Of a stretch of 64,000 nucleotides of DNA, positions 31,093-41,424 are shown one piece after another (positions within the stretch are counted from its first letter, which is position 1; every line of letters starts with the position of its first letter). The stretch covers positions 5,664,001 to 5,728,000 of the forward strand of contig CBDETY010000003.1 in the NCBI GenBank assembly GCA_965243025.1, in the 5' to 3' direction. The notes beneath the pieces were generated by a model, which saw only the letters and a list, made by a program, of their open reading frames with translations, made no database searches and was not told the DNA's origin. Origin of the DNA: Candidatus Latescibacterota bacterium. Its GTDB lineage: Bacteria; Latescibacterota; UBA2968; UBA8231. The translations under genes and the position numbers were made by a program.

Positions 31093-32322
31093 TTGAAAGC
31101 CCGACCTGACCTCGTCCCCGAGACCGAGCGGGACAATCTGGAAGTCATTCAGCTCACCGACGAGCCGATCCCCTCGTCGCATGTGTACATGGAGGCGCAG
31201 ATCTTCACGCCCGATTCGCGGCGGCTGATCCTCCACCGCTCGGCGCACCCGCACGGCTCCGATCCGCGGGACCCGGAGCACCAGTTTCTGATCTGCGACC
31301 TGGAAGACGACTGCAGCCTGACGCCGATCACCACCGAGCCTGGAACGACGGGGCCGTCCGTCTCACCGGACGGCGGCTGCCTGTACTACTTCGTCGATGA
31401 AACAGAGCCCGGAAAGGACGGACGACTGACGCTGAAGCGGGTCGGGCTGGACGGGTCTGACCGCGAGACCGTCTACGTCCTGGATCACGCGATTCCGGGG
31501 ACCGGTTTCAGGCTGAGCCGGCCGTATCCGCTTTCGACGATTTCATCCGATGGCCGGCGCATCGCCATCTCCGGATTCCTCGGGGACGGCAACAGCGCCG
31601 GGGCGCCCTGGGGCCTGATCGTCTTCGAGATCGAAGAGCCCTCCGTGCGGCTGGTCTTTCACGGTCCCAGCTGGTGCAACATTCACCCGCAGTACACGCG
31701 CGAGACGGACCCGGCGGCTGCCCACGACATCATGATCCAGGAAAACCACGGGAACACCGTTTCAGCCGACGGCAGGCTGGAACAGCTCGTCAGCGGGCGG
31801 GGCGCGGACATCCACCTGATCCGGGACGACGGCACGGACCTGCGCGACTTCCCCTGGGGCAGGGACGGGAACGAGTCCTGTCAGGGGCATCAGTGCTGGC
31901 AGGGGAGGAGCGACATTGCCATCACCAGCACCATTACGCGCGAACCGGACGAAAGACAGCTCATCTCGGGCAGGGAGGCAGCGCACGCCGGCGACGAAGG
32001 CATCAACACCCCCGGCGGCTGGCGCAACGACCTGTCCCGCTCCTTTGACGGGCCCGATTTCTGGCATTTCGCGACGGACATTGACGGGACCCGCCTGATC
32101 ACGGACGCGGGTCCGAAAGACGGGGGCGGCGCGGTCTGGCTGTTCGACCTTCCCGGGGAAGAGGAAGGCGCCCTCGCGAATACGCGGAAGGTCGCAAACC
32201 CCGGATCGTCCTGGCAGAAGGACACCCACATCCATCCCTTCCTCTCGCCGGACGGAGGTTCGGGCTTCTTCAACTCAGATGAAAGCGGGGTGCTGCAGGC
32301 CTACATGGTGCGCGGCTGGTAA
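31093..32322 (+). CDS. Oligogalacturonate lyase-like / TolB-like beta-propeller
   Basis: VIQLTD...HVYMEAQIFTPD, HIHPFLSPDG, FNSDESG. Confidence 0.6.
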   Translation: MKARPDLVPETERDNLEVIQLTDEPIPSSHVYMEAQIFTPDSRRLILHRSAHPHGSDPRDPEHQFLICDLEDDCSLTPITTEPGTTGPSVSPDGGCLYYFVDETEPGKDGRLTLKRVGLDGSDRETVYVLDHAIPGTGFRLSRPYPLSTISSDGRRIAISGFLGDGNSAGAPWGLIVFEIEEPSVRLVFHGPSWCNIHPQYTRETDPAAAHDIMIQENHGNTVSADGRLEQLVSGRGADIHLIRDDGTDLRDFPWGRDGNESCQGHQCWQGRSDIAITSTITREPDERQLISGREAAHAGDEGINTPGGWRNDLSRSFDGPDFWHFATDIDGTRLITDAGPKDGGGAVWLFDLPGEEEGALANTRKVANPGSSWQKDTHIHPFLSPDGGSGFFNSDESGVLQAYMVRGW

Positions 32323-32346
32323 GTGACGTAAGTGCCCGTCCGAAGG

Positions 32347-33300
32347 TTACCGTAAGAAGCTGGCCTTGATGCGCGCCCACGAGTCGGTTGCGACCGCACT
32401 GTCGCCGCTGTCGATGCCGCCGGCCGGAAGCAGGATCCCATCCATCAGGAGTTCGCCTTCGCCGACTGCAAATTCGTGAGCCGTCATCCCGAAGTAGTCG
32501 CCGAGGGCGTACCACTTGTCCGCCCTGTTTCCACCCGGCTCATCGAAATCGCTCACGGTCGCTCGAAACCCGACAATCCGTCCCTCAGCCAGGTCCGATA
32601 CCAGGCTTTTTTCGGGTTCCTTCCTGAGCAGCAGGTCGAACGGGGTGACGTAGAACTCGGTGACCCAGACCACGGGATTCTCTCCAGCGACCGAGCCCCC
32701 ACCGTTTCCGTATGGTGGGTACCCCCACCAGCTTTCCCCACTTTCGAACCATGTCTCCAAATGACCCAGGCCAACGTGCGAGGTATCCATGCGCAGCGGT
32801 ACGGCGAGGTACAATTGTGCTCCTTGATCCAAAAGTCCTGAATCGTCATTCGCCGTATCGAAAACGAAGTCGTTACCCCATGCGATCGAACCGTCATGGT
32901 CGCCGTCGATCTCGATACCAACGTGGTCCTCTCCCCCCCGCTCCAGATGCTGGAAGGATCTTTCCTCCTCACCGATGTAGACGTCGTCGATGCAGATGGC
33001 GCCCATAAAAATGCGTTCGGAATCCCCGTCCCAGCCGAGCCAGATGCGAAAGTCGAGGTCGGACGGGTTGTAATCCATGCTCTCCCCACCACCCTGGTGA
33101 GAGGTGAAACCGGTGAAATCCAGGCTCGTGAGAGATGGCCCTCCGAAATGTTCTTCCCAGTCTTCAATGGATCCATCGGTCACGTCGATAGCGGCCTCTT
33201 CGGTTATCTCGTAGAACGGAAATACCCGGTCGCCGGCATGCCCGAGGACGGGGTCCAGGTCGAACAAAGCGATCACCGCTGAAAGAAGGATCACATGCAT
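32347..33300 (-). CDS. Secreted CBM9-like protein with SWARIK tail
   Basis: Signal peptide; IDVTDGSIEDW, IWLGWD; C-terminal SAVATDSWARIKASF. Confidence 0.6.
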   Translation of the reverse strand: MHVILLSAVIALFDLDPVLGHAGDRVFPFYEITEEAAIDVTDGSIEDWEEHFGGPSLTSLDFTGFTSHQGGGESMDYNPSDLDFRIWLGWDGDSERIFMGAICIDDVYIGEEERSFQHLERGGEDHVGIEIDGDHDGSIAWGNDFVFDTANDDSGLLDQGAQLYLAVPLRMDTSHVGLGHLETWFESGESWWGYPPYGNGGGSVAGENPVVWVTEFYVTPFDLLLRKEPEKSLVSDLAEGRIVGFRATVSDFDEPGGNRADKWYALGDYFGMTAHEFAVGEGELLMDGILLPAGGIDSGDSAVATDSWARIKASFLR

Positions 33301-33317
33301 GACAACTTCCTATTTGT

Positions 33318-33731
33318 CTAGCAGTGTATCCCGTCCAGCTCGGGCAAGAGCTTGACGCTCTCCTGTTCGTTGGGGTCCGTCCGGGCGATCACGGCAGTGC
33401 AGGTATCGGTCTCGCTGGGATTGTATGGGAGGTGAGGGATGCCGGCGGGGATGTAGAGGAAGTCGCCGCTGTCGATGTCCACATGTTCTTCCAGGCTCTC
33501 GCCGTACCACATACCAGCTTTGCCGCTGATGATGTAAATGGCTGTCTCGTGGTCTTCGTGCAGGTGCGCCCTGGCTCGTTCTTTGGGAGGCAGGTTCAGC
33601 AGGTGCATGCAGATCCCCCGCGAGCCGGTGTTCTCCGCGGCGACCCCCGCAACATAGGTGAGTGCCTGTTTGCCTTCGTAGGATTCCCGGGGGCGAATCA
33701 CTTTGCAGGTTGGTTTCGGGTGCTCTGCCAT
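33318..33731 (-). CDS. Cupin (RmlC-like) protein
   Basis: AHLHEDHETAIY, GDFLYIPAGIPHLPYN; ATG at 33731 after GGAGG. Confidence 0.9.
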   Translation of the reverse strand: MAEHPKPTCKVIRPRESYEGKQALTYVAGVAAENTGSRGICMHLLNLPPKERARAHLHEDHETAIYIISGKAGMWYGESLEEHVDIDSGDFLYIPAGIPHLPYNPSETDTCTAVIARTDPNEQESVKLLPELDGIHC

Positions 33732-33787
33732 TGTTTCCTCCGTGATTTTACAGACCCAGGGCGTCAGTCCGTCGAGCAGGTACAGCA

Positions 33788-34036
33788 TCAGCCGGAGAGG
33801 TCGACTTCGCGGATACCGCCTTCGATCCTTGCGAAGTCCTCGTCATCACCCACGTCGGGCATCGCTCTCAGGTACTGCTCGAACGACATCTTCGACGACT
33901 CGGCCCCGGTGCCGAGGAGGGCCTCGCGCAGAATCGCACGGTGCTCTTCCTCGGCGGAGCGACCCTTCCGGCCGGCGCGCTCCTTGAGCCGGGCGACGAC
34001 CTCCGGTTCCAGCTTCCTGACGATCAGCTGTGCCAT
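33788..34036 (-). CDS. FitA/VapB-like ribbon-helix-helix antitoxin (orphan)
   Basis: MAQLIVRKLE...LKERAGRKGRSAEEEHRAIL; TGATG-coupled to a PIN-like start MLYLLD that does not continue. Confidence 0.8.
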   Translation of the reverse strand: MAQLIVRKLEPEVVARLKERAGRKGRSAEEEHRAILREALLGTGAESSKMSFEQYLRAMPDVGDDEDFARIEGGIREVDLSG

Positions 34037-34179
34037 GCGTGCGAATATGATAGCATTGAATCACCGGTCAACCGCCGGAATGGCCACTGCGGAAACCTCC
34101 AGCTTCTGCGGCTCGAGCGCGCGACCCGTTGACCAGGGAGGGCGGTCCCGTTGAAGAGCGAGTTGAGCTTCCGTGCCGG

Positions 34180-34305
34180 GTGCCCGCCATCGACGCCAAT
34201 GTCGGCGCCGGTCACTCCCATCTGCGGCAGGCCCCGTCGACACTCCGGAGGAGCTGCGGGCAAAGCTCGGCCGCCACGGCGTCGAGCGGGGGTCATTTTC
34301 CTACC
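34180..34305 (+). pseudogene. Amidohydrolase N-terminal remnant at left edge of island
   Basis: IDANVG then frameshifted TPEELRAKLGRHGVERG. Confidence 0.4.
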
Positions 34306-34479
34306 TTCTTGGTGGGTTGGTGGCAATCACACTTCTGCGTACTTCTCTAACTATCTCGCAGGCCGAGAAGGCTGAGCTCGCAGCCGAAGTCGGCGGTCAC
34401 AACAAAAGGTCAGGTCCATGAAGCTCGGAGAATACAGCCTGGTTGACGACACCGAGTTGCGATTGGTGATCTGGGCGGC

Positions 34480-34917
34480 ATGAAGCTCTCTACCATCGGC
34501 TTCACCAGGAAGCCTGCCGGCCGATTTTTCGAACTACTCCGTCAATCGGGCGCCAGACGCGTCGTCGACGTACGGCTCAACAATGGGTCGCAGCTCGCCG
34601 GTTTCACCAAGAAGGACGACCTCCCCTACTTTCTCGATAAGCTTTGCGGCATGGAGTACGTCCACCTTCCCGCGCTGGCCCCGACGAAGGTAATTCTCGA
34701 CGACTTCAAAAAGCGGAAGGGCGACTGGAAGACCTACGAGGATCGCTTCCTCGCCCTGATGCGGGAGCGGCGGATCGAGGAGACGGTCCCCAGGGAGATC
34801 GTCGCGGACAGTTGCCTCCTGTGCAGCGAAGACAAGCCCCACCACTGCCACCGGCGTCTCGTCGCGGAGTACCTGGACCAGCATTGGGGCGGCGTCGAGA
34901 TCTCCCATCTCGGATAG
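34480..34917 (+). CDS. DUF488 family protein
   Basis: TIGFT, VVDVRL, CLLCSEDKPHHCHRRLVAE. Confidence 0.88.
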   Translation: MKLSTIGFTRKPAGRFFELLRQSGARRVVDVRLNNGSQLAGFTKKDDLPYFLDKLCGMEYVHLPALAPTKVILDDFKKRKGDWKTYEDRFLALMRERRIEETVPREIVADSCLLCSEDKPHHCHRRLVAEYLDQHWGGVEISHLG

Positions 34918-34926
34918 AGGCATGGC

Positions 34927-35253
34927 ATGAATAAACCGGCCGTTGAGACTTTCATTCCGACCATGGTGGACCGCATCGTGGAGGGCTTCCAGCCTGCACG
35001 GATCGTCCTCTTCGGGTCCCATGCACGAGGCTCGGCAACCGAGTGGAGTGACGTGGACTTGCTCGTGATTCTGCCCAACGTGTCTGACAAGCGGGACACG
35101 GCAATCGAGATCCGCAGGACCTTGGGGGATCTACCGGTCTGCAAGGACATCGTGGTAGCGACTCCCGAGGAAGTCACCCGCCGGGGCCACATTGCCGGCA
35201 CCGTGTTGCGTTCAGCACTTCGTGAAGGCCGGGTCGTTTATGAACGACCCTGA
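34927..35253 (+). CDS. Minimal nucleotidyltransferase (MNT antitoxin)
   Basis: IVLFGSHARG...SDVDLLV. Confidence 0.9.
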   Translation: MNKPAVETFIPTMVDRIVEGFQPARIVLFGSHARGSATEWSDVDLLVILPNVSDKRDTAIEIRRTLGDLPVCKDIVVATPEEVTRRGHIAGTVLRSALREGRVVYERP

Positions 35254-35295
35254 AACCGTAAATGCAATTCGCCGCTGGCTTCGATACCCAGGGGG
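35240..35295 (+). pseudogene. HEPN toxin 5' remnant
   Basis: Overlapping start MNDPETVNAIRRWLRY directly after MNT, then no HEPN-like continuation. Confidence 0.5.
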
Positions 35296-35375
35296 TTTAC
35301 GACTCGATAGGTCCGGAGTCCGCAGCGTACAGACGCTGAATAAGGGTCGAAGGCCCCACACAAGAGAACAAGCAA

Positions 35376-35951
35376 ATGGCAATCACAAACCACGAGCGCG
35401 TCGGCAAGGGGATGGAATCGCTCCGGCAGGGCTAGCCCCGTTCGTCGAACGCGAGCTGCACCACAGGATCGAAACCGGGGCCGTCCACATGGAGTGCTCC
35501 GCCGCTTCGAAATCGACAAGCCCTACGAGTGGGACGCCGCCGCCCTTCTCCGGCTGATGTGGGAAACCTGGAACGACGGCTACCGCGACATCCTCGGTGC
35601 CACGTAGCTCAGCATGGTCAATGAGCTGCGCGTCTGGCGCAACAAGGGGGCGCACCAGGGGTCCTTCTCCAGTGACGACGCCGACCGCGCCCTCGACTCG
35701 GTCGAGGGGCTGCTCAAGGCGGTTTCCGCGCCCCAGGCGGCAGAGGTCGCCGCGATGAAAATGGAACTGCGCCGGCGGGTGTTCGAAGAGCAGGCGCGCG
35801 GAGAACGTCGCAAGGCGGCCGGCAGTCTTGTCGAAGCCGTGAGCGATGGGGACTCAAGCCCTGGCGCGTGGTGGTGACTCCTCACGCCGACGTGGACAGC
35901 GGCCGCTACCAGCATGCGGAGTTCGCCGCAGACCTGTGGCAGGTTCACTAA
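35376..35951 (+). pseudogene. Swt1-like HEPN/DUF499 ATPase 5' fragment (frameshifted, truncated)
   Basis: [73 protein letters not shown] across several frames. Confidence 0.8.
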
Positions 35952-36121
35952 CTTATGCTGAGGGTGCCCCGTACCCTCAGACGTGATCGGTCACGTTTTC
36001 CAAGGACCTTGATATGCGCCGCCCCCGCATGCGATTTGGCCCACGGTCAGCAGTGCGTTCCGACATATCTTGGAGGAGGCGGGGGCGAAGATCCCCTTCA
36101 TCCCCTCACGGGAGGACTTTC

Positions 36122-37131
36122 ATGGACCGCCTTCTTTTTTTGGGGCCCTTGCGATGGGCCTGAGTGCCTGCAGGGAACCTATTGACACGGTCCCTCGTGC
36201 CTTGATGCTCGAACAGCATGGTTTGGTCGAGGAGGCGAAAGGCATGTTTATAGAGATCGTCCACAGCGACGCCCATGATTCAAGCAAGGCGACATCCCTC
36301 TACCACCTCGGCTTAATCGCCTTCAATGAGAAGCGCCTTCAGGCTGCCCTTAATACGTGGAACAGTCTAACAGATCTATATCCCTCGTCTACCGAAGCCG
36401 AGCTGGTCTCCGAGCAGATGGACTACTTGGTTCGGGAAATCGCCCACCTGTCCAGCGACCTCGTCAGCGATGTCACGGCAAGGTTGTATTTTGAAGCATG
36501 CCGAATTCTGGTCAGGCGACATTAAAATGCCCACCTGGTCAATCGACACGAGCAATTTGGACCCAATCAATTTGGCTTGCGACTGGTATGACAAGGCTAT
36601 CAGGGAGTTTCCCCAAACCGACGTGGCGAGGAAAGCACACATCGAGAAATTCAGAACGATCCTGGGGAAAGAGGGGATCAAACTCTCGTTCGGCCGGTAC
36701 ATCGACCCTCTACTGACAGCATACCATGAATTCGAGAAGGCGTTTCCCGACGATGACAATTTGCCGGCCATGAAATACCAGATTGCCCAGGTATACTGGA
36801 GGCAAGGAATTGGCCACCTACGCCTGTCGGAAGTCCAAAAAACCATTGCGGAAGGGAGGGAATACGATGCGAAACGTGAAAAAGAATTCGCTGACCACCC
36901 CTCTTTTCTGGCCATTCAAAATGGTCGGAAGATTCCCTGGAAAGAGCCAAGGAGTACGCAGCCAAAGCTAGTAAGAGCCTGAACGACGCAAGAAGGTCGG
37001 AAAAGACATTCAAACAACATATGATGAAAGCCAAGGAGAGGTTGAACTTGATTATCGAAGGGGGAGATTCAAATTCTTTCTACACGAGACTCGCCACAGC
37101 TCGCCTGAACGAAATCCTTTCGCAGGAATAA
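36122..37131 (+). pseudogene. TPR-like lipoprotein split by three frameshifts
   Basis: GGAGG-ATG at 36122; lipobox GLSAC in another frame; ORFs 36070-36525, 36470-36982 and a third frame to TAA 37131 join into one helical protein. Confidence 0.65.
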
Positions 37132-37948
37132 CCAACTCCCTGCTTGAACGACAGTGTATCCGGGGTACAAGTCGCATGGCTATTCTCCTCCTTGACGTTT
37201 ATGCGATGGAACCACGAATACCGACTTGTTTGTATGGAAACTCGAGATGGATTTCCTTCAGGTCAGTCCTGCTGTGTTGGTGTGGCGTGCTCGATCAGCT
37301 TGATAGTCAGGTGCAGGAAAGGTTCCGAACATCAACAGCACCAGGATCACCGGCATCAAGCATAGGGTCGGTATCACCGCACATCAGCCATCACCCACTT
37401 CGTTACCGGCCAAGACAGCGCCAGGATGTTCCAAGCGAGGCCGCGTTGCTTTAGGTAGATGAATGAGGGTCGTTTGAAGATCCTTCGGAAGAACTCGTAG
37501 AACCCTTTTTGGATTTCTCTCGCCCCGTATCCGGTTCAAACCGGGACCTGAGGGACTGTTGATTGCACGCGCACCCGTACGGCGGAACCCGAATGCGCGT
37601 CGAGGATACAGGTTGGTCGACACCCGGGTAGACCCCTACGGAGTCCTTGCATTCCCGGAACTTCCGCTGCACCTTGGGGACCGACCTTAGCAAGCAAAGA
37701 CCATGGGTGTAGGCCTACACTCAGTAAGTAACCTGGGGCAACTACGAAATGGGCAAGCTATCAGGCCTTGACTGGCTGAAACTACATCAATCCCGACCAA
37801 GGCGGGGGCATTATCAACAACGTGAACTTTTGGGCGGAAGAGAACGGGTATCCGCGCAATATCATCGACCTCGAAAACGCATCGTGACGGTCAATGTCGA
37901 GACGATTCGCATGGTGTGGGAGCAGCCGGAGCTGCGGGTGGAAGAGGT

Positions 37949-40099
37949 ATGACTGAGTCGCACGCTGAGCCCCCAGATCTCCTTGGCCGCCTCGAGCCAG
38001 ATATGGCGCGTGAGGAATTGTCGGACCGCGCAGTGGCCGCCCAAAATGAGATACGTGCTCTGCTGGATGCGGAATGTCAGGTTGGCGACCTCATCCGGAT
38101 GGACTTTGGCGAGGCACACATTCTGGTTCACGACGCCCTGCGGCTGCAAGTCGGCGGCGTGCCCCACGGCTGTTTGTTGCTGGCGGCACGAACCCAGGTG
38201 GCAGGTGACCCTCGTGGTGAGGCGGGGGAGGTGATGCCCTCGCTGCTGCTTCTGCGGGTTTTGGGAAGCAGTGCTTTGCCGAATGACATCGAGATGCAGC
38301 AGGCTCGATTCCAAGCTGGACAACGGGCTTCGGACAGCCTGCACAACTGGGATGAGAATCAGAACACAGACCAGTTTACGCTTCACCAGATGCGGTATGC
38401 AGGCCTACGCTGCTCCATCCTCGGAACGTTTCGCATGGTTCTCAGAGGAGACCCCGGGGAGTGGGGCCTCACATTCGGGAGCGACATCGACAACTTCTAC
38501 GCAGGGCAGGGCATGAAGGTATACAAGCCTGTTGGTGAGGCTTTGGAGCGCATCGTCAACTTCACGACGGCCAACGTATCTGATTCGGCCCGTGTTCGGA
38601 TCGGTGAGATCAAGTACGCTGCCGCCCTGGATGCAGGCCGGGCTGAGTCCGTGCCTGTCCAGATGACGACCCGCGATGTCGTCTCTCAGCGCACTGCCCT
38701 GTTCGGTATGACCCGAACCGGGAAGTCGAACACTGTCAAGACTCTCGCCCGCGCAGTTTTCGAGTTGCGGCTGGGGGACGAGACGCCGGAGCGGGTCGCG
38801 CAGCTGATTATCGACCCGAACGGGGAGTACGCGAACGACAACCCACAGGACGAAGGCTGTCTGCGCAACGTAAGGCATCTCCCAGGGGCCAGCTTGGATG
38901 ACGTGGTGACCTACGGTCTGACCCCCCATCCCAACGATCGGGAACGCCGGATCACCAAAATGAACTTTTTTGGCCCTGAGCTCAGTCAACAACCGCCGCG
39001 TAGCGCAGGTGAACTCGACGCGGTGTTGCAGTCCTTGTACATGGGTAAGCAGGTCATCGACGGGCGCCTTGATATGGAAGGGGCCGCGTACATCGCCGCA
39101 TTCCGTGGAACGGAAATGACGGCGCCCCCGGGGGTGACCGACCACGGAGAGTATGTACGCTACCGTCGCGCAGTGATCGTCTATCAGTCCGCCTTGGCCG
39201 CGGCCGGATTCGCCCCGCCTGGGGCCAGTGTTTCTGTGAGCGGGCTATTCAGCCGCGATGTTCGCCGGGCAATGGCTAGCGACTCCGAGTTATCCGGCTT
39301 CGCCGATCAAATCGGAGGGGACCTTAGGTGGGATGCCGCCTCGGAGTTCTGTCGGCGCCTGAGTAAATGGTTCGAGCGAGGAGGAGGAGGGCACCAATTT
39401 GATCGTGAATACCAGTCCTCTCATGACGGGCGTAACTGGAGCGACGATCGCCTCCTGGGCCTGTTGCGCATCTTCGAGAACACGCGAGGGGTTCAGGCGC
39501 TCCGTGAGTGCCGGGAGTGGCACGACCCACAACGGAATGCGGACTACACGGAGGAGATTGTCGCGGATCTCGCGGAGGGGAAGCTGGTCATTCTCGATCA
39601 GGCGCTCGGTGATCCTGTGATGAACGAGCAGTCCGCGGAGCGTATCATGCGCGCGATTTTCGCTCGACAGCAGGTGCGTTTCACGAATCCAGATAGGGGA
39701 CCGGACGGATCGTTCCTGGACCCCGATCCTGTCATCGTTTACATCGAGGAGGCGCACACAGTCCTGCCCCGCGGAAGTGAGGATGACACGCGCAACGTTT
39801 GGGCGCGAACGGCGAAAGAAGGCGCGAAATTCAACATCGGCCTCGTCTACTCGACGCAGGAGCCGTCTTCCGTCCAGCGCAACATCCTTCGGAACACAGA
39901 GAACTGGTTCCTCTCCCACCTCAATAACACGGCAGAGACGCGAGAACTCGACCAGTATAACGACTTCGCGGACTTTAGCGCTGGCATCCGGCGGGTGAAG
40001 GAGATTGGATTTCTCAAGGTGCGGACAATGTCCAGTCCCTACACCCTGCCCGTGCAGATAGATCGCTTCACTGCCCCGCCGGGGCTACCGGGGGACTGA
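37949..40099 (+). CDS. HerA-family (DUF87) ATPase/translocase
   Basis: Walker A GMTRTGKS, IIDPNGEY, Walker B VYIEEAH, KEGAKFNIGLVYSTQEPS. Confidence 0.9.
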   Translation: MTESHAEPPDLLGRLEPDMAREELSDRAVAAQNEIRALLDAECQVGDLIRMDFGEAHILVHDALRLQVGGVPHGCLLLAARTQVAGDPRGEAGEVMPSLLLLRVLGSSALPNDIEMQQARFQAGQRASDSLHNWDENQNTDQFTLHQMRYAGLRCSILGTFRMVLRGDPGEWGLTFGSDIDNFYAGQGMKVYKPVGEALERIVNFTTANVSDSARVRIGEIKYAAALDAGRAESVPVQMTTRDVVSQRTALFGMTRTGKSNTVKTLARAVFELRLGDETPERVAQLIIDPNGEYANDNPQDEGCLRNVRHLPGASLDDVVTYGLTPHPNDRERRITKMNFFGPELSQQPPRSAGELDAVLQSLYMGKQVIDGRLDMEGAAYIAAFRGTEMTAPPGVTDHGEYVRYRRAVIVYQSALAAAGFAPPGASVSVSGLFSRDVRRAMASDSELSGFADQIGGDLRWDAASEFCRRLSKWFERGGGGHQFDREYQSSHDGRNWSDDRLLGLLRIFENTRGVQALRECREWHDPQRNADYTEEIVADLAEGKLVILDQALGDPVMNEQSAERIMRAIFARQQVRFTNPDRGPDGSFLDPDPVIVYIEEAHTVLPRGSEDDTRNVWARTAKEGAKFNIGLVYSTQEPSSVQRNILRNTENWFLSHLNNTAETRELDQYNDFADFSAGIRRVKEIGFLKVRTMSSPYTLPVQIDRFTAPPGLPGD

Positions 40100-41424
40100 T
40101 GCCCTACGGAAACGAGTACGCCAGCGGCGACTCCCTGTGGCGCCTTGTCGAGAGTGAAAGCGTCAAGGAGTTCGAGGGCATGATTCGCCGGGGCGATCCG
40201 GAGGATGCGCCCGAGCCACCGCCTCCGCTAACGCCTCCACGGGGCGTAGACCTAATTTCTCGCATCATCGTCATTGACGGTTCCACGGTCACCCACGCGG
40301 TTCGCAACGGGTACCCCGGCGCTGAAGCGGCGCTGCTCCAGCTGGCTGCTGTCATTATCGACCTTTCGGCGCTGAGGAGCATTCCTCGGGGATCGATCCC
40401 CCGCCCGAGCGCTATTCGCGATATGGAGGACTGCAGAACTCTTGATTCGGTGCTACCGGGCAGGAACGTTGTGCGGCGCAGCGTGCCGGGAGACACGCCG
40501 AGAACCTACTTCCGCTTCACCATTCACGAGATGCTGTCGGGCAGGAAGGTCGACCGTGATCACGAGACGCTGCTCGAGACGATGCGCGCCATTGCTCCCC
40601 CACGGAGCTTTCAGTGCCCCGCGGACGAATGCGAGGAGTCGCTGCCGGAACTCTCCGGCACTGGTCACTGCCCCTGCGAAAGGAAAGTTTTGGTATTCGA
40701 GACCGACAGCTTGCGGTTGCACGAGCGATTCGAAGACTTCGGTTCCTCGGCGCAGGCCTACACAGCCGCACGGCAGGTCGTGGAACACTTGGCAATGGTT
40801 AACATCATGCGCTTCTTTGCGCGGCGGGGCTGGTGGAATGCGTTCCGCACTACCGCCTTCGTGATGGACGGCCCGCTCGCCATTTTTGGGATGCCTGCGT
40901 GGCTCAAGAGTCACGTCCAGAACGAGGTCACCCGCCTGCACGAACTGGCGCTGGAACATGGTGGGCCTGGGGTCCTGCTCTTCGGTGTCGAGAAGGGCGG
41001 TATGTTCCTCGACCATCTCGAGGCGCTGGACCAGAGCGACCAGGAAGGACCTCGCTCCCTGCTCGATCCCGGAACAGCGCTAGCGCCTGACCGCGAGTAC
41101 GTCCACGGCCACATCGCTCTTCGGCCTCTCGACGCCAAACCGCACGGTGACGTAACTGACTATGGCCGCCGGGTGATGTACAAGAATGGGCTTGGGCAAC
41201 ACTCGGTGGTCATGACGCCAATCGTCAACGCCGCAGGAGAGAATCGCGATTGCGTGGAAGAGACCGCGTATCCACGGATAGGCGAGGTGCTCGACATAAT
41301 GGACGAATTCTCCACCTACCTTTACGAGGACGGATTCGCGCCGCTTGTGCGCGCGCACGCTCATGCTGCCATCCCGCTGAAGGCTGGCATCGGGCTTCTC
41401 ACAGAGCTCTTCACAGAGGAATGA
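40099..41424 (+). CDS. NurA-like nuclease with Cys-rich insert
   Basis: IIVIDGS, VMDGPL, GVEKGG, PLVRAHAHA; CPADEC...CPC insert; TGATG overlap with HerA. Confidence 0.8.
   Translation: MPYGNEYASGDSLWRLVESESVKEFEGMIRRGDPEDAPEPPPPLTPPRGVDLISRIIVIDGSTVTHAVRNGYPGAEAALLQLAAVIIDLSALRSIPRGSIPRPSAIRDMEDCRTLDSVLPGRNVVRRSVPGDTPRTYFRFTIHEMLSGRKVDRDHETLLETMRAIAPPRSFQCPADECEESLPELSGTGHCPCERKVLVFETDSLRLHERFEDFGSSAQAYTAARQVVEHLAMVNIMRFFARRGWWNAFRTTAFVMDGPLAIFGMPAWLKSHVQNEVTRLHELALEHGGPGVLLFGVEKGGMFLDHLEALDQSDQEGPRSLLDPGTALAPDREYVHGHIALRPLDAKPHGDVTDYGRRVMYKNGLGQHSVVMTPIVNAAGENRDCVEETAYPRIGEVLDIMDEFSTYLYEDGFAPLVRAHAHAAIPLKAGIGLLTELFTEE

Noticed and set aside
37140-37740. Short ORFs on both strands upstream of the HerA operon
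   Set aside because: No recognisable motifs or convincing starts; probably decayed sequence
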